Origin: Euglena gracilis
Taxonomy: Eukaryota
Direction: 5' to 3'
Assembly (NCBI GenBank): GCA_039621445.1
Contig: CP154954.1
Location: 33,949,737 to 34,013,736, forward strand
Length of the DNA: 64,000 nucleotides
Shown here piece after piece: positions 32,762-46,513 of the stretch. Every line of letters starts with the position of its first letter. Positions within the stretch are counted from its first letter, which is position 1. The translations under genes and the position numbers were made by a program. Below the pieces are notes generated by a model. The model had not been told where the DNA came from and did no database searches. It was given only the letters and a program-made list of their open reading frames with translations.

Positions 32762-32926
32762 CTGGCACAGGTCCAGCATGAACACCTGCTGCTCCGGGTT
32801 GCCCAGCACCCGGACCAACCCCAGGCCGGGGGAGTAGCAAGTCCGGGCCGCCGCCCCACCGACAGGGAGACCCCAGCACCCGACGGTTCAACGTTTGCCT
32901 CCAGGACGAGAAAGGCGGTGCTAAAC
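32762..32926 (-). CDS. Two exons (32886-32926, 32762-32838) of an unidentified protein gene, separated by a 47-nt non-conventional intron candidate
   Basis: AG acceptor at 32927-32928 and GC3-rich codons. Splicing 32839-32885 (CGG at +4, CCG at -8) gives FSTAFLVLEANVERYSPGLGLVRVLGNPEQQVFMLDLCQ. Confidence 0.5.
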
Positions 32927-35185
32927 CTGTTGATGCAACGGCATCACCGCGAGGCGAGCTGGTTTCAAGAATATCCTGTTGGGTCCCGGCGTTTTGAAGC
33001 AGGCCCCAATTGTGCACCAAGGCTGGGTCACGCCCCGTTTCTGGAGTCAAATTAAAAAAAAAAAACGACGGACTGCAAAACACCAAAAAAATTCAACAAA
33101 CGTGTACTTTGCTCACAGTCACTACCCTACCCTGCCGACTAACCAAGTTAATTCAGCATCACAGGCATATGCAGTATCCTGATCTCGGTATATACACTGT
33201 CCTCCCTTCTTTCTTTAGCTGTGCATACGAAGGTGACTTAGCAGTACGCCAAAAAGCAAACATCGTCCAACAGACTGCGTACAATCCGCACTGATGAACC
33301 CGACTGCCTGCGTGATCACAGTCACTACCCACACGTGTGGTTTCATATGAAGCGGAATCCCGCTGCCTCCAGTAAAAGCAAAAAAGTAGGCTGACACTGG
33401 TAGGGAACCACAGGCCGTATATGGAGGAGGTGGGCAGTCCCCGCCACTTACGGCCTTTGCTGGCCATTGCCAGCGGCAGCCCACAGAGGACGTTCAGTTA
33501 AAGCAGCTGAATATGTGTGGTTCGGACTGTGTAATACTTTGTGGTCACATCACTCGGTATGAACAAATATAATCGCGATTCAAGTCGTAGGTGAAGCGGT
33601 TTTCCGCTTCATTCTATACTGTCTGGCATATAAAAGTGTCTTTCGCCATACCTTTAGTGGTAAAAACTCCACCAAGGTCATGTTTGCAGAGGACTTCTCA
33701 TGGACTCGATGAACTCAGCGCAAATGTCGTACCGAAGGCTGAGATACGTGCACGATGAGTTGCAGTGGACCAATCTTGGCTTCGGTCCACCACTGTAACC
33801 GCGTTCTTCAATCTGGATGCTAACATTGCGATTGTTGTTCTGTTCAAGGTACATGCAACCGGTAAACAGTTATGCAGCTTGCGAGTGACATTAAGCATAT
33901 TGGACACCTTATTAAAAGGTAGCGGAAACCCGCCTCCTGTTCATTCTGCCACTGTATTTTGTCTGGATTGTAAGCATTGGAATTCAGTACGCGATGTTGT
34001 TAACCGTTTAACGCTTAACAGAACCACAAAATGCATTATGCAACCTTCAATGTAACGTACGTAACGTTTATGTACTGAGATGAATGGGGAGCCTGGACTG
34101 TACGATCACCTGCCCGGTCCAGCAAAAGCCGTAACCGAACCCCTGACGGCTGGGCACCGTTCAGGGGTGCGGGGAAATGAATTGGACCAGGTCCAGCCTC
34201 TCCTCTTTCTGTGAAATTGTGTCAAATACGTACAAAGCAAGCGGAAAACCACTTGCTTTGTCTTGAAGACCTGGTTTTCATGGACCTACGCATGTGTCCC
34301 GCGTACAACTCAACCGCCCAACGGCCAATTGTACCATGCACCTGAAATGTTAGTTCTGCATTTAGTCTAGACCTGGAACCACTCTGTTTTCGGCAGTGCA
34401 AGGCGGGGAGCCACGGGGCTGCCGGGTGCCTGCTTCCACCGCTTGCGGCCCCGGCAGTCCACAGGAACAACCGACAGCGACGGTGGCTAACGTCGGTGTC
34501 AGGTAGAGTGTATCACAGAGATAGAACGTGGTCTCTCCTCCTTTTTATCCTGTAAAGCATAAATTGTTCCTGTATTCCCGTCTGTTCTGTTTCAGTTGCG
34601 CTTTATGCAATATCACGACTATGTTTATCTGTGAAGCGGTATTCCGCTTCACTTTATTTTCGTTGTTACGCTTATGCGTCGGGTGTACACATGTATCTGT
34701 TATGCATATACTCGCATTATGTATCTGTCTGTGTGTCAGACAGATGTTGCCGTTCGTTGTTTGTCCATAATAATAATTTTTCTACAACATTTGGTTGTTT
34801 CGTATTTCCATCGGGATCTGCTAAAAATAAATTTCAGAAATCATCGAAGCGGTTTTCCGCTTCATGTGTTTTGTCATCAATATCACCGAAAAAATTTGCA
34901 CTTCATGCGCAACTTGAAAATTTTCACTGTTTTTCAGAGCATTTTTCGGGCATTCCAGGTGGTACTTCAGTCAAATTTTTCACGGGCAATTTATGCCTCC
35001 TAAGCTTTGGGCATAAAAAATGTACAAAATGAAATCAGCATAAACCTCAAACCAATAACCCTTGAATTTGGGGAGGGTACCATTTTGATACAACTGTGTG
35101 CAAAATAGACATTTTTTTTAGTATACCAAATCCTTCAAATTAAACAACATATCCAAACATAACAGACTTTCCTTTTTTTTTTGAG

Positions 35186-35634
35186 AAATGGCAGAAGCCC
35201 CCCCCCTCGGGTTTTCCGCAGACTGACCGAATAGTAGCCCTGGGGGGCTTCTAATTGGGGGGGGGGGATACGAAAGGCCTACTCTTGGGGTAGGGCTAGG
35301 TTTTTGGTTAATTGAAAACAATAGGGTTAGGGTGAGGTTTTGGGAATAGAGTTAGGGTTAGGGTTTAGGCCTTTGGCCTAAATTTCAGCTAAATTCGGCC
35401 TAATTCAGGCCTAATATAAGCCTGATTTCGGCCCAAGTCCCTAACTTTGGCCTAACCCTAACCATAATCCCTTTCTTAACAACAACTGTAACCCTAACCC
35501 TGCCCCTAAAAATAACGAACACCACCAAAACGTGTCGTCGAAGCCCCCTTCAGCTTGTGTTCAAGAATGTGGACCTCCCCCCGTTTAACTACTGGACCCC
35601 CAGGGGGGGGGGCAGTAGTTAAAGGCTGCCATTT
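35186..35634. repeat. Small inverted-repeat element containing degenerate TTAGGG and then CCCTAA repeats
   Basis: AAATGGCAG/CTGCCATTT ends; TTAGGG units at ~35322-35370 and CCCTAA units at ~35439-35508. Confidence 0.55.
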
Positions 35635-36428
35635 GAAAATCCAATCGGTGGCTGGGTGTCCCAGATTCAAAAAGTGTGGAAACAGAGTCAAAAAGAGTGC
35701 GATTTCAAATAGCCTGGAAACGGCCCTGCTTTCATCACAAACAGGAAACTAATCGTACACATAACCATGGAAAAAATGTGCTCGTGTTCATGACCACCAA
35801 ACCATTCCGATCTAAAGGTATGAAACACATGTGGGCTGATACGAGTGGGTCAAGTGTTTTATCTCCAAGATGTTGCTGTGTTAAAGAACTCCACAACCAC
35901 AAGAAAAACTAAAATCTTACCAAAATTTTTGGCATCATAGCAAGAAGCGTTTCATATTTTCAACTGTATTTATGAGATCCGAATCCGAGAATTCCTAAAC
36001 AAAATACCGCTTTGCTCCGCCGCGGAAGGTTATTCGGGTTTTTATAAAAGCATTCTGATGTGCCTGAGAATTTCAGTGTCACAATTCGCTGGATCCCCTC
36101 CCCTAAGCGCCCAGAATTGTCACCGACACCCTCCAAGGTTGTGAGGCGGTGCAAGCCATGCCACACCTTTCTGACTGTGGTCGGTGACAAGCCCATCAGG
36201 CCAAACTTAGGCCGCCCAATGAAAATTTGACTGGGCAAAGATCCCGAAAGCAGCACCAAAAACCCCGCAAAATTTTTTCAAAGTTTTGGATGTCAGAGTT
36301 GACTTAAAAATTAAATTGGCTGCTGTTGTTGGCATCGCTGTGTTGTGGCAGGCAAGCACCTTCCCCCTTGCATCCCCCATCATTGCAAGAAAGCGGCTCA
36401 AATGAAACCTTGATGACTGAGGCTGGAT

Positions 36429-38398
36429 CAGGTTTTTTTTTAAGACCGGGGGGGGGTCCCCCCCCACCCACCCACCCGCTGGGGGCCCTGGGACCCCCCC
36501 CGGGGGGTATTTTCGACACTGCCAAACGTGAATGCGGCAAAGCAAACACGCCATTCAGAAATATGATCGAAATATGTTACAACAATGGTCTGTGCAAGTC
36601 GGAAGGAGGGGTAACAGCGGTCAATCGGACTCTGCCCACGACGTGGTGGAATCCGAAGACACAGAGGAGTCGGATGCATCCGACGAACTCACCACACGTT
36701 GAGACAAAGGGGATGACTGCGAAGCGGAGGAACCAGGTCCCCTGGTTCTCCGCTTCTTATGCTTCCCCCCCTTGTCTGAACGAGGGTAGCGAAAAGGCGC
36801 ACGGCGCTTTGCCAAAACAAGAGACTTGCAAATGCATGATTTAAGAAGTTGAATTTGGTTCTTTCGTGACACTTTCACTTGTTTATTGACCCATGTCCAT
36901 TCTTTGAAACATGCGAAACGATATGAGCACATTCACATGGAAAAAAAATACCAAAAAAGGGCCAATGGTTTTGCAAATCTCTAAAAGCGGCCATGTGGGA
37001 AACAATGGGTGAGGGGTCGAACTGCTCCTAAGGTGGAGAGTCCAAAGCTACGATTAGGGTTTGAGACACAACAGATGGATCCAAACGCAATCATTGGGGG
37101 GATAGGAGAGTGGAGAGGCGGGAAAACGCTTGCTCGACCACCGCATTGCTGGGTGTCAGAGCTAACGCCATCCGCAATATGATGTGAAGGTTTGGAAACA
37201 CATCTTTCTGCTGAATGATGCGTTTCCAAAATGTGTGTGAATTGGTAGGTGACCAAAGGGTTTGGTCGTCCGGCATGACGCTCAACGGCAGTGTGCACCA
37301 GGCGCATGTTCTCGTGGAAGTGCGCATGGCCACAGGATGGATGTATTTCCCCTTGGAATTTCATCCATTCTGTTTAAGGCTCTAGGCGCTTGGCCATGGC
37401 GATGACCATGCGACACTCGGTGGTACTCCAGTCCTCCTCCTTCGGCACCTCCACCACGGGCTGCATGTTGAAGCCCCAATCTCCAGCAGGCACACGATCC
37501 GCCTTCGCCTCGTTCACCAAGAAATGCGCGTCCGTCGGCGTGCAGTTGTCAGACTGCAGGGGGCATGCCAATGGCATGCCCCCCTGGTTTCGAATGCGCT
37601 TGGCATGTCCTTGTAGAACATTCTGCAAATTCAGCTTGCGCTCCTCCTCCGTGAACACGATGAGCTTGCGGACGGCGTTCATCACTTCGGCATCATGGCT
37701 TCCGTCACAATGGACGAAAATCATGGGTATTGAACTCCGGCTTCTTTTTGTACACAGGGCGCTGCTGTGTCGAAGAGGCAGCAGCAACTTGGAGGACAGG
37801 GGAAGCGACTGGTGGAACAGGGGGAGCGACTGGTGGAACAGGGGCAGCATCAGCAGGTTCGGCTTCGCCGCCGCCGAAGCACTCCTCGAGGCGCGGCTGC
37901 AGGCGGAGCGCCCGCATCGCAGCCCGGTGCTCCCCGGACTTCTTGTGCTCGCGCACGGAATTTTTGACAGCAATTACAATTTTTTTGGAATCACCGTGAC
38001 CATGGAAAATGCCGATGTTTGCAATTGTCACAAAGATCAAATCAATGATGATTTCTGTTGAATTAACAAAGAAACAAATCATGTGACAACTGAAATGAGA
38101 AATATATTGACATTCACAAAGCAAAACACCAAAATCATACATAATGAAATAAAATTGTAACTGTCCAGAATTCTTCAACATGGAACCACAAAAGCACTTG
38201 TACATTTTGGCTGTGACAAGAGGCGCGGCAAAGAAAATTTTCGGCGCCTTCGCCGCCGGTCAAAAAAAAAAAAACTCCGGCACCCATGGCGCCGGGGACC
38301 CACCAGCCAAAAAAGGTACCCCCCTGGGGGGGGTCCGGCCGGACCCACCCACCCCCCCCTCCCCCCCCCCGGGGGTCCACGACTAAAAAAAACCCCTG
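36429..38398 (-). mobile_element. Internally deleted hAT DNA transposon with family A ends and transposase remnants
   Basis: CAGG...CCCCTG ends like family A MITEs; perfect TSD GGCTGGAT. The minus-strand peptide FPNLHIILRMALALTPSNAVVEQAFSRL (37091-37333) fits the hAT C-terminal dimerisation motif. Confidence 0.85.
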
Positions 38399-40549
38399 GG
38401 CTGGATGCCACTCCACATATTCATTTCAGGAAAGGGGTAGCACTCTCTGAACCACCCGCGTCTTCCACAATGCTGCATCCCAGCTCGTTATTGAACCCAC
38501 AAAAAAACTTCAGACCCATCACATTTGGCCAAAAACGTCCCCGATGCCCTCCCTCTCCCATTCAATTGAGGTGCTGCTCCGCAATGTCCGCAATGCCCCA
38601 CACGGGGCAATGACGGCACTTGTCAGGAGGGCACAACACATTCCCTTCGTAAGCGCACAGCTGTGGGTGTTCCAGGGATTAAACAAGACGGCTGCAGCAC
38701 CATCCAGACGGCATTCCGTGTCCCGCAATATACAACTGGGCCAAATCACAACAACTCGCTGACAACCAAATTTCCCACAATACAATTCTAAACCTCCTCC
38801 AGGGGGAGAAACTGCACACGGGCCTGTCAATAACTGCACTGCAAAAAAACTGCAAAAAAAAACTGCAAAAAACTACAAAAAAAAAGAAAAAAAACTGCAC
38901 TTCAACAAAAAATAACAATAAACAAGCTGAAATGGTATGCATATGCAAAAAAACGTAAATTGCTACCACATGAGCACGCCCCAATTCACCTAACTTTTTT
39001 TGCACGGCTTTGGAGCCGATGACGAAAAAAATGGGAGCAATCAATCAAGGTGCACTGTGCATGGTTTTTCATGCACTGAAATGCAAGTCATGTGTCCAGA
39101 TGCCGGGTCACACCGGTTTTCCTGCACCAAAACTTGTGCCGACCATGCCCACAAAGATGCCAAACGGCTGTCTTTCTAAATATGGGGAAAATGCACATTT
39201 ACCCATACACAGAAATTTTCAATACTTTCATTTCTTCCAGGGGATGTTCAGTTTGGAACTTCCGGTCCATCACCTGGTGAAGTTTCCCCATGTCACGATG
39301 AAAAAAAATCTACAAAAACCACCACAAACTTTGAACATTGTCCTTAGGGGAATGCCAAATGGTCTACAACCTGGGAATTTCTTGCAAATAAGAAAGAACT
39401 TCTTGCTCTTTGAAGCATTTGGCTTATATGACATTTGGCCACAATGCTTGGGGCAAGACCCAATCTTCTTCAGGAGTTCATTTACAGCACCACGAATTTC
39501 GAAATCCTCAACTCCAACTGCAACCAAAATTTGCACAAAAAAACAGTTTTTGTATTTAGTCCCTAGGAATCCCGACATAAATAGTTGAATCTGCTCAGGA
39601 GTGCGCAAATGACACTTGCCAAAATGAGCATCGTCACATCTGTCACCACAGGCTGGAGATGGAGCAATTTTGGTTGGGGAGTAATTGTGGTCTTGTCACC
39701 GAAACAATCTGTTGTTTTTTTTTGGAATGGTGGCTGCACCAATCTGTGTTTTTAAGAGGCAAGGCAGTTGGCAATACAGTTGGGGGCAAAACAATTGGTG
39801 GGATAACTGTAGACAACACAACTCCTGAGAGATGATGCCTTTTCTTGAGAAACACCCTTCAAAACATATAATCCAGCACCCAAAAAAAAACAGACACGTC
39901 AGGTTTCCTCAAAATTGGAATAAAAAAAACTGCAAAAAACTGCACGTGTGCAGTTTTTTTCAGAAAAAAAAGCTGCAAAAAAACTCCAAAAAAATTTCAA
40001 AAAAAAAACTAAAACCTGAAAACTGCAAAAAACTGCAAAAACTGCGCGGTGCATATCCCCCCCCCCTGGCTCCTCCCTCCCCCTGCATTCATGTGTCATT
40101 TTGCAAGGCCCCATCTGGACCAGGCTGGGCCAGGTTGGGCATGTTCTACGATTCTCCCAGATGAACGTGCCATCACAGCAGAACCTTAGTGTTTGACCAC
40201 TCACCACCACCGGAATGTCCATGACATACAGGCTATTTTGAATTGCACACATGCCAGATGAAAGCAGTGGGTTCCGACTTCGTCTCCCCCTCCTTCTAGT
40301 GCCCCTTCCGACCACTCAGGCCTTTGAAGTCATTGCCCTGAAAATTTTTATCTTCAGAACGAAGCGTGACTCTGCTTCCTCCTGGCCGCTTTAAGATTTT
40401 TTGGGAGTTTCTGTTGCACCTCCTCCTGCCCCTCATTTCTGCCGATTGACGTCCAAAACGAAGCGGGTTTTGGCAATCTCCGCTTCCCCTTCTCTTCCCA
40501 TCTTCGCTAAAACCCCCAATTTTGGTCATTTTGCATTTTGGCGACTCGG

Positions 40550-43500
40550 CACGTGGTGCAATTTCGCGCCCGGGCCCACCCGCAATGAATACCACCGAAG
40601 GGCCACGGGTTACTCAGAAAGAGTTCACAAACACCATCGCAATCGCGAATAAGGTGAAGCCCCAATGGGACGGTGACCCGACCACATGGAAACAACTTTT
40701 CCGTGACTGGGAATACTTCTGGGACTTGAAGGGTCCAACCCAAGACGGAAACCCAGAAGTAATCAAAATGGAATTCATAGACTGTTTACCAAAAGACGAA
40801 AATGAACGCGCCAGACAATTTTTCATACGCGGGCGCATTTCTTTTCAGGATTTGGTAGAGCAATATGCTTCTTCATGTTCAAGTTTGGTTTCCAGAATCA
40901 CTCTGGAGAAAAAATGGCGGCAATATGCCCCCCATGACCGAAAATGGAGGTCGATAGACCTATGGTACTCAAAATGGCTCGCGTTGGCAGCCGAAGTAGA
41001 CGAGTTAGGCGAAACCCAAATGAAAGAGGAATTTGACGCAGTATTACTGCACTTTATACCCAAACTCACAGAAAAAAATTCACCGAGAGGAACTCGCAGG
41101 ACATATTTTGACGCTCGATGAGCGATGGAACTATGTTTCCAAACAGTTGAAGCTATCACAGCTTTTAGGACAAATCCAGTCGGCTTATACGAGCCACCCC
41201 ACGGCAGGAATACCTGCTATCCAAGTCAGTTCTGTGAAAAAAGTGTCACACTTATCACATACCGCTATGGCGGAATCCAAGTTGCGCAATTCGCGCTCTT
41301 CAGAAGAATTTTCGGGCAAATTGTGCTTTTTGTGTAACAAAAAGGGTCATATACCTTGCCATTGTCCAGATCCTGCAGCGCGAAAACGCAACGCAAGCCC
41401 AAGAGGATCAGCTTCATCATGCAGTTCTCGTTTTTCACAAAATGCGCATTCGCAAAAATCAAAATACCAATCACGATCAACATGTTCACTGTGCGGATCC
41501 ACCACCCCTCCCTCAACTGTCGCTATGCGAACTCTCACCACCCAAGCCATAGCCATCACGATATGAGTCGCAGTTCAAAAGATCATACTTTAGCCAAAAG
41601 GCACAAGGTAGGTCAAACAACAACCTCTATCGAGGATTATCACCCGGCTTCGGGCAGGGAGGGGGATGATACCCCATGTAACCAAAGGGATCATCCCTGC
41701 TTTAGCACTCATAAATTCAGAGACGTATATGCGTCAAGAAAGTCAATGGCTGATATGGCCACCGGTTCAGTTTTTGAGTGAAGGTACCAAAAATCCAAGG
41801 ACACGGACTACAGAGGCTACTAGAAAGGAGGTGACAGGAGTCGCGACCCTGGTCATCCCCTGCCCAGTATCCTTTCTGGTCAGTGTGCAAGGATTTTCTG
41901 GTGTCCCCGCTCAAAATTTTCAGGAACCTTGGACATATAGACCGTTTTGTGTTTCCGGTTGTGGCGCATCATGGGATACCCCATGAATGTCCATGTGGTT
42001 GAGTGGATTCCCGCTCCAAGAATGCACACAACACCGCAAAATTCTTCCCCCCCCCCCCTCAAACTTCCACTAATCATCACTTTTACATACCGTTTTCGAT
42101 GACAGCAACACCGTTTTCCACAACGCCAACACCGTTATCAACCCGGGGTAAAGAGAACGTGCCCCCCCCCTACCCACCGCAAATCCACAAACGTTCCACA
42201 TGCGGTAGGGGTAACAAGTAGTTTAACCCCCATTCGTTCCACTGGGTTCCAAGACGAAAGCCCTAAGGCCTGAAGTTTAAACGGTGTCGAGTAGTCGCCC
42301 AGCTGCTTTCAACTTTTAGTTTTCCACCAGGTTTGTCGATTCAGACAATCCTGTACACCCCCAGCAGCTCCAAAATTCGCATGCTCAAATTTTTTATTAC
42401 ACACTCACCCCCGCAGACCGACATGCGCGACAAGGACAACTACTCCGCTCCTTCCCCCCATGGTGTGCACCCTGGGGGAACTTTCCACACAATCACCAAC
42501 CAAACACAAAGGTGAATATATACAGCGCATATCGCGAATCCTGCGCATATCGCGCTTCCAAGCCTACCCCCCCCCCACGCACACGTTGTGCAGTGAAGCA
42601 ACTGCCCCCCCCCGCGTATCGCGCCATATCATGCACGTATCGCGCTAGACCCCGCGCGTATCGCGCCACCCACCTTAGCAACCCCCCTTTCCCACAATGT
42701 CGTGTGAGCACTATCGTCCATTTATGACACATGGGTATACGCCCAAACCACCCATATTCTTTTGGGAATCATTCCCAAAGTTATATGTGTGGAAATCCGC
42801 AACTCTGTTCATGGATGTTTGTTTCTGTTCCACATGATCAAATTGCAGATTTTTTTTGATGACAGCAAACAAGAAGTGATGTTTTATGTGAATACCGTTC
42901 TTTGCCCAATCCATTCCCACACCAAAAATATTTCGGTGTTCCCAAAGCTTTATGGAGCAAAGCAACACAAGTTATGTGATAAAGTTTTTGGGATGTATTG
43001 CAAATACTGCATTTTTCCCGAACACTTATCCAACTTGTGCTTTTTTGTGCCTTAAATGGCTTATTATTTTGGCAAAATGCAATCCCGATATGGGAAAATG
43101 CTCAAAATTACAGAAGTGAATCCCGATAGGGAAATAAGTTGAATTCCTTGAGAAAATCTGCAACATAGTTGCCCCCCCCAAAAGAAAATGAAGAAAATTC
43201 ATTCAAACATGCATTTTTATGGACTTGACCACTTAGCCTTAGGTCTATGTGACCAACACAACCTATGATGTGCAAGGCTTATAGGCCATTACCCATGTGG
43301 TCCATGGGTCCATAGGACCAATTTGCACAATTTGCAAGGACCAAAAGGACCAAAGGTCCACAAATCCATATTATAAAGTGAAAAGTCCATAGGACCTCAA
43401 AAAATGGCACAAAAAGCCATATTACATGGATGAAAGTGGCTGAATTGGCCAAAACAAGCCAAATAGGCTGGTTTTATGCAGATTTGCATAAGTGTCACTT

Positions 43501-46292
43501 TGGCATAGCCTCAAAACCACCACAAAAGCTTCAAAATTTCTGGCACCTCGTGCCATGAGGTTTTGACTGTATGTAGTAGTGCGTATGAGATAGAAACCAA
43601 AAGTTGTCTTTGTAGAATAAATTATGGGAGCTTATAGCAAAACCTCACTCACACAGGCAAAAGATCAAAGACGTATCTCAGCGCCTGTAGCTGGCCGATA
43701 GGCCATGTTACCCCTCATTCGAAAGCTCGTTCGATGAGCCGTCCAGCGGTGCAAACAGATCGCTGTAACTCTGCACGGTACTCTTATTTGAGGAGATCGT
43801 GAAAAATTGAATTAAGCCCAGCCAATCCGACCAAAAGCCAAATTTTGAGCCAGATCTTGTACGATCGTGTACCAGACTGGCAAATCAGCCTGAAAGGCTT
43901 CTACACCGTTTCTTACATCGTTTGAAGTGGCTAATTACCATTGGTTACCAGATTGGCTAATGGCCATTTTTTAGTACCTTTGGCAGCATTCTGCCCATTA
44001 CCCCCTCTGTATGGGCTATTAGGCCTGGTACAGTTCAGAGGGCTATAGCCCACAGTTTGGAGCCATTTCAGCTGACTAGAATCATTTTTAGGAGCACTTA
44101 TGTGCAAATTATCATTTAAATCATTGATTTTCTGCAATTTTTGGTGATTTTTCCCTATTCTGGCACTCATATCCCTAATGGGAATCATCTTGAGGCACTA
44201 TGCCAGAATGGAATGCAAAGGGATATGCTGATAATGGCAATTTTTCCTTTGCTCAAGATGTCATAGACATGTTTTACTTGTATTTTTAAGCGTATTTTTG
44301 CTTTTTTTGCGATATTTTTAAACAATTTTACAGCTTTTTGGGTGATGTGGTGTTATTAGACACCCAAATCCCAAAATCTGTGCAACAACAAACATGCAGT
44401 GTTATTGGACACTCTCAACAAGCACTATGTGCACTTGGCAATTGCAGTCTTAAATGACTCAAAATGCAACAAAGTTGCACTTTTGGTAACAAAAATGCAA
44501 CTTTTGACGCAGAATCTGCAATGCCGCCCACAATTTTGATAGGGATTTCCCTAAAAATCTGACAAAAGTCAGTATTTCTCAGTGGCATAGTCACTAATGA
44601 TGAGATTTTGTCATATTTGCAGTATTTTTTTCTACTTACCACACTAACGGCATTCTTGCCCCCCCCCACTTTATTCAGTGGGACCCCCTTACCGATATAA
44701 TTCGGACCCCCCCCCATTTTATTCAGTGGGACCCCCTTTCGGACCCCCTTACCGATATAATTCGGAGGACCCAATGGTCATCATGTGCAACACCAATGGT
44801 GTCATTCTGCAAGGTTTATAAGAACCATAGCTCAGAAATGGTGAAATTCTGCTTTTTCTTTCTTTCTTGTGCGCAATATGGGGATACCCACAATTTTTGC
44901 ATACACACACTTTGCTTTTGGAGGTATCATGCCTCCGATTGTACTGAAAGGTACAGAGTGATGAATTTCACCGCACTGGAACAATGTTCCATCCTTTTAT
45001 GTGCATTCACAGTTCATTTGCGGTTTTTCAGAGTGGTATAAGCCAGCCTAACCACATTTGTTCGGTGAATTGGCAGCAGCCTGCCACAATTCCGCATTTT
45101 TTCGGCGGTTGTACACCTCAGTGTGATCTTTTTTGGCAATCTGCCGAATTTTTTTGATTCGGGTATACGCCCAGTAGTATTCTGTGCCATGCATATTCCG
45201 CAAGGCAATTCTTCTTGGGCGATAAAGCCTACCCCCCCCATTATTTTTGGCTAATGCCAACCCTTCAGCCTACAGGCTGCACATCCAAGGCACAAATGCC
45301 AAATCTACAGTTTTTAGGGCTATTGCCCACTATTATGAGGTATACGCCTCTGGGGATACCCCATCGACAACATCGTGCCCGCGCAGCACTGTGAAGCCCT
45401 CACTAGCGGTATATGCCGCCAGTAAGAAGACCCACAGCGTACAGCGCGCACACCGCAATAATAGCCTCAACTTGTTACTTTTCTGCCTTAAGGCCCCATA
45501 AGACTGCCAGACAGCAAAAATTCTTTGTAAGGTCTTTAGACCAGCCCCCCACTCCTCTCCCCTTTCCCCCCCCGGGCAAAAATCGCTGCCGCCGGCAGTT
45601 GGTTTTGTAAATAGGTTTTCCTCCCTGGTCAGGTATGACTGGCCAGGTGCCCCTCCTTCCACACCCTACCCTTGCAATCTTTTCCGATTATGGAATGAGA
45701 CCACCCAAAGTGCCATAGGCACACCCCAAACGGGGTGGATGGGACTTTCTGGAATGAAAACCTTCCAGCTCCACTTTCCAAGCGGGCTCTTCCACTTCCA
45801 CCCCTTTACCGCAATAAGTAGTTAGCCGCATAAGCGGGTAAAATCTTTTGCGCGTTTTTGGTTTTTGGGTTCCCCTCCCTTCCTTCCGTTTCTGGTTTTA
45901 GACCTTGTGATGGAGAAGCAGACCCAAGACATGCGGTCCTGGTGTACATTCCTCAATCTCAGAGCTCTGTTTGAATCCTTGCTGGCCTGGTCCAGTAAGG
46001 AAATCGGGCAAAGCCCTGGGATTGGGATGTGTACCAGGCAGCATGAACATGGCACTGTGCATAGCAGCAGTCTGCAGAATGTACAATGGCATGCCAGATA
46101 GTACCATTCCATGTTCTGCAATACAAATTGCAGAATTAGGAATAGCCTATCCTATCTCGGATCTGCCTTCCCTTTCACAGGTGGTATCAGCTTTGTTTTG
46201 TTTTATGATTCATTAGCCGAAAAGGGCAAACCAAAGATTTGAAGATTTGAAGTAGGTCGACAGGCAGTGGGAATAGAGTCAGGGGACGTACA
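40550..46292 (+). mobile_element. Gag-only retroelement-like unit, copy 1 (5'-truncated)
   Basis: Near-identical to 48699-54762 (offset ~8149 bp, plus indels); frameshifted gag-like ORFs at 40586-41781. Confidence 0.75.
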
Positions 46293-46513
46293 CTTTACGT
46301 GCAATTTTGCGCCTCCCCGGCGGTAACGGCTGCGTTTTACGCACGCCCGCCGCGGGCAAAATTGCGCCTACCCGCCTGCAGCCCTTCGCAACAATTAGGT
46401 AAAGGATCGCCGACCTCTAGCCGGGGCAGAGCGCTCGTTTTTGGAGAGCCGGCGCAGCCGATTTCGGCCGAAAACGGCCGAAAAATGACGTTTTTCGGGA
46501 TGTTCGTGGTTTT
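46293..46513 (+). repeat. Single monomer of the 216-bp satellite between the two gag units
   Basis: Same sequence as the array monomer, preceded by the same ~42-bp leader as at 54721. Confidence 0.92.

Noticed and set aside
33100-35100. Unique-looking stretch with short ORFs
   Set aside because: No recognisable motif, repeat structure or exon-like codon bias.
38410-40400. Possible Merlin/ISXO2-like transposase remnant on the minus strand (CPKHCG, Cys-rich pieces)
   Set aside because: Too degenerate, with no catalytic motif or element ends identified; needs a profile search.
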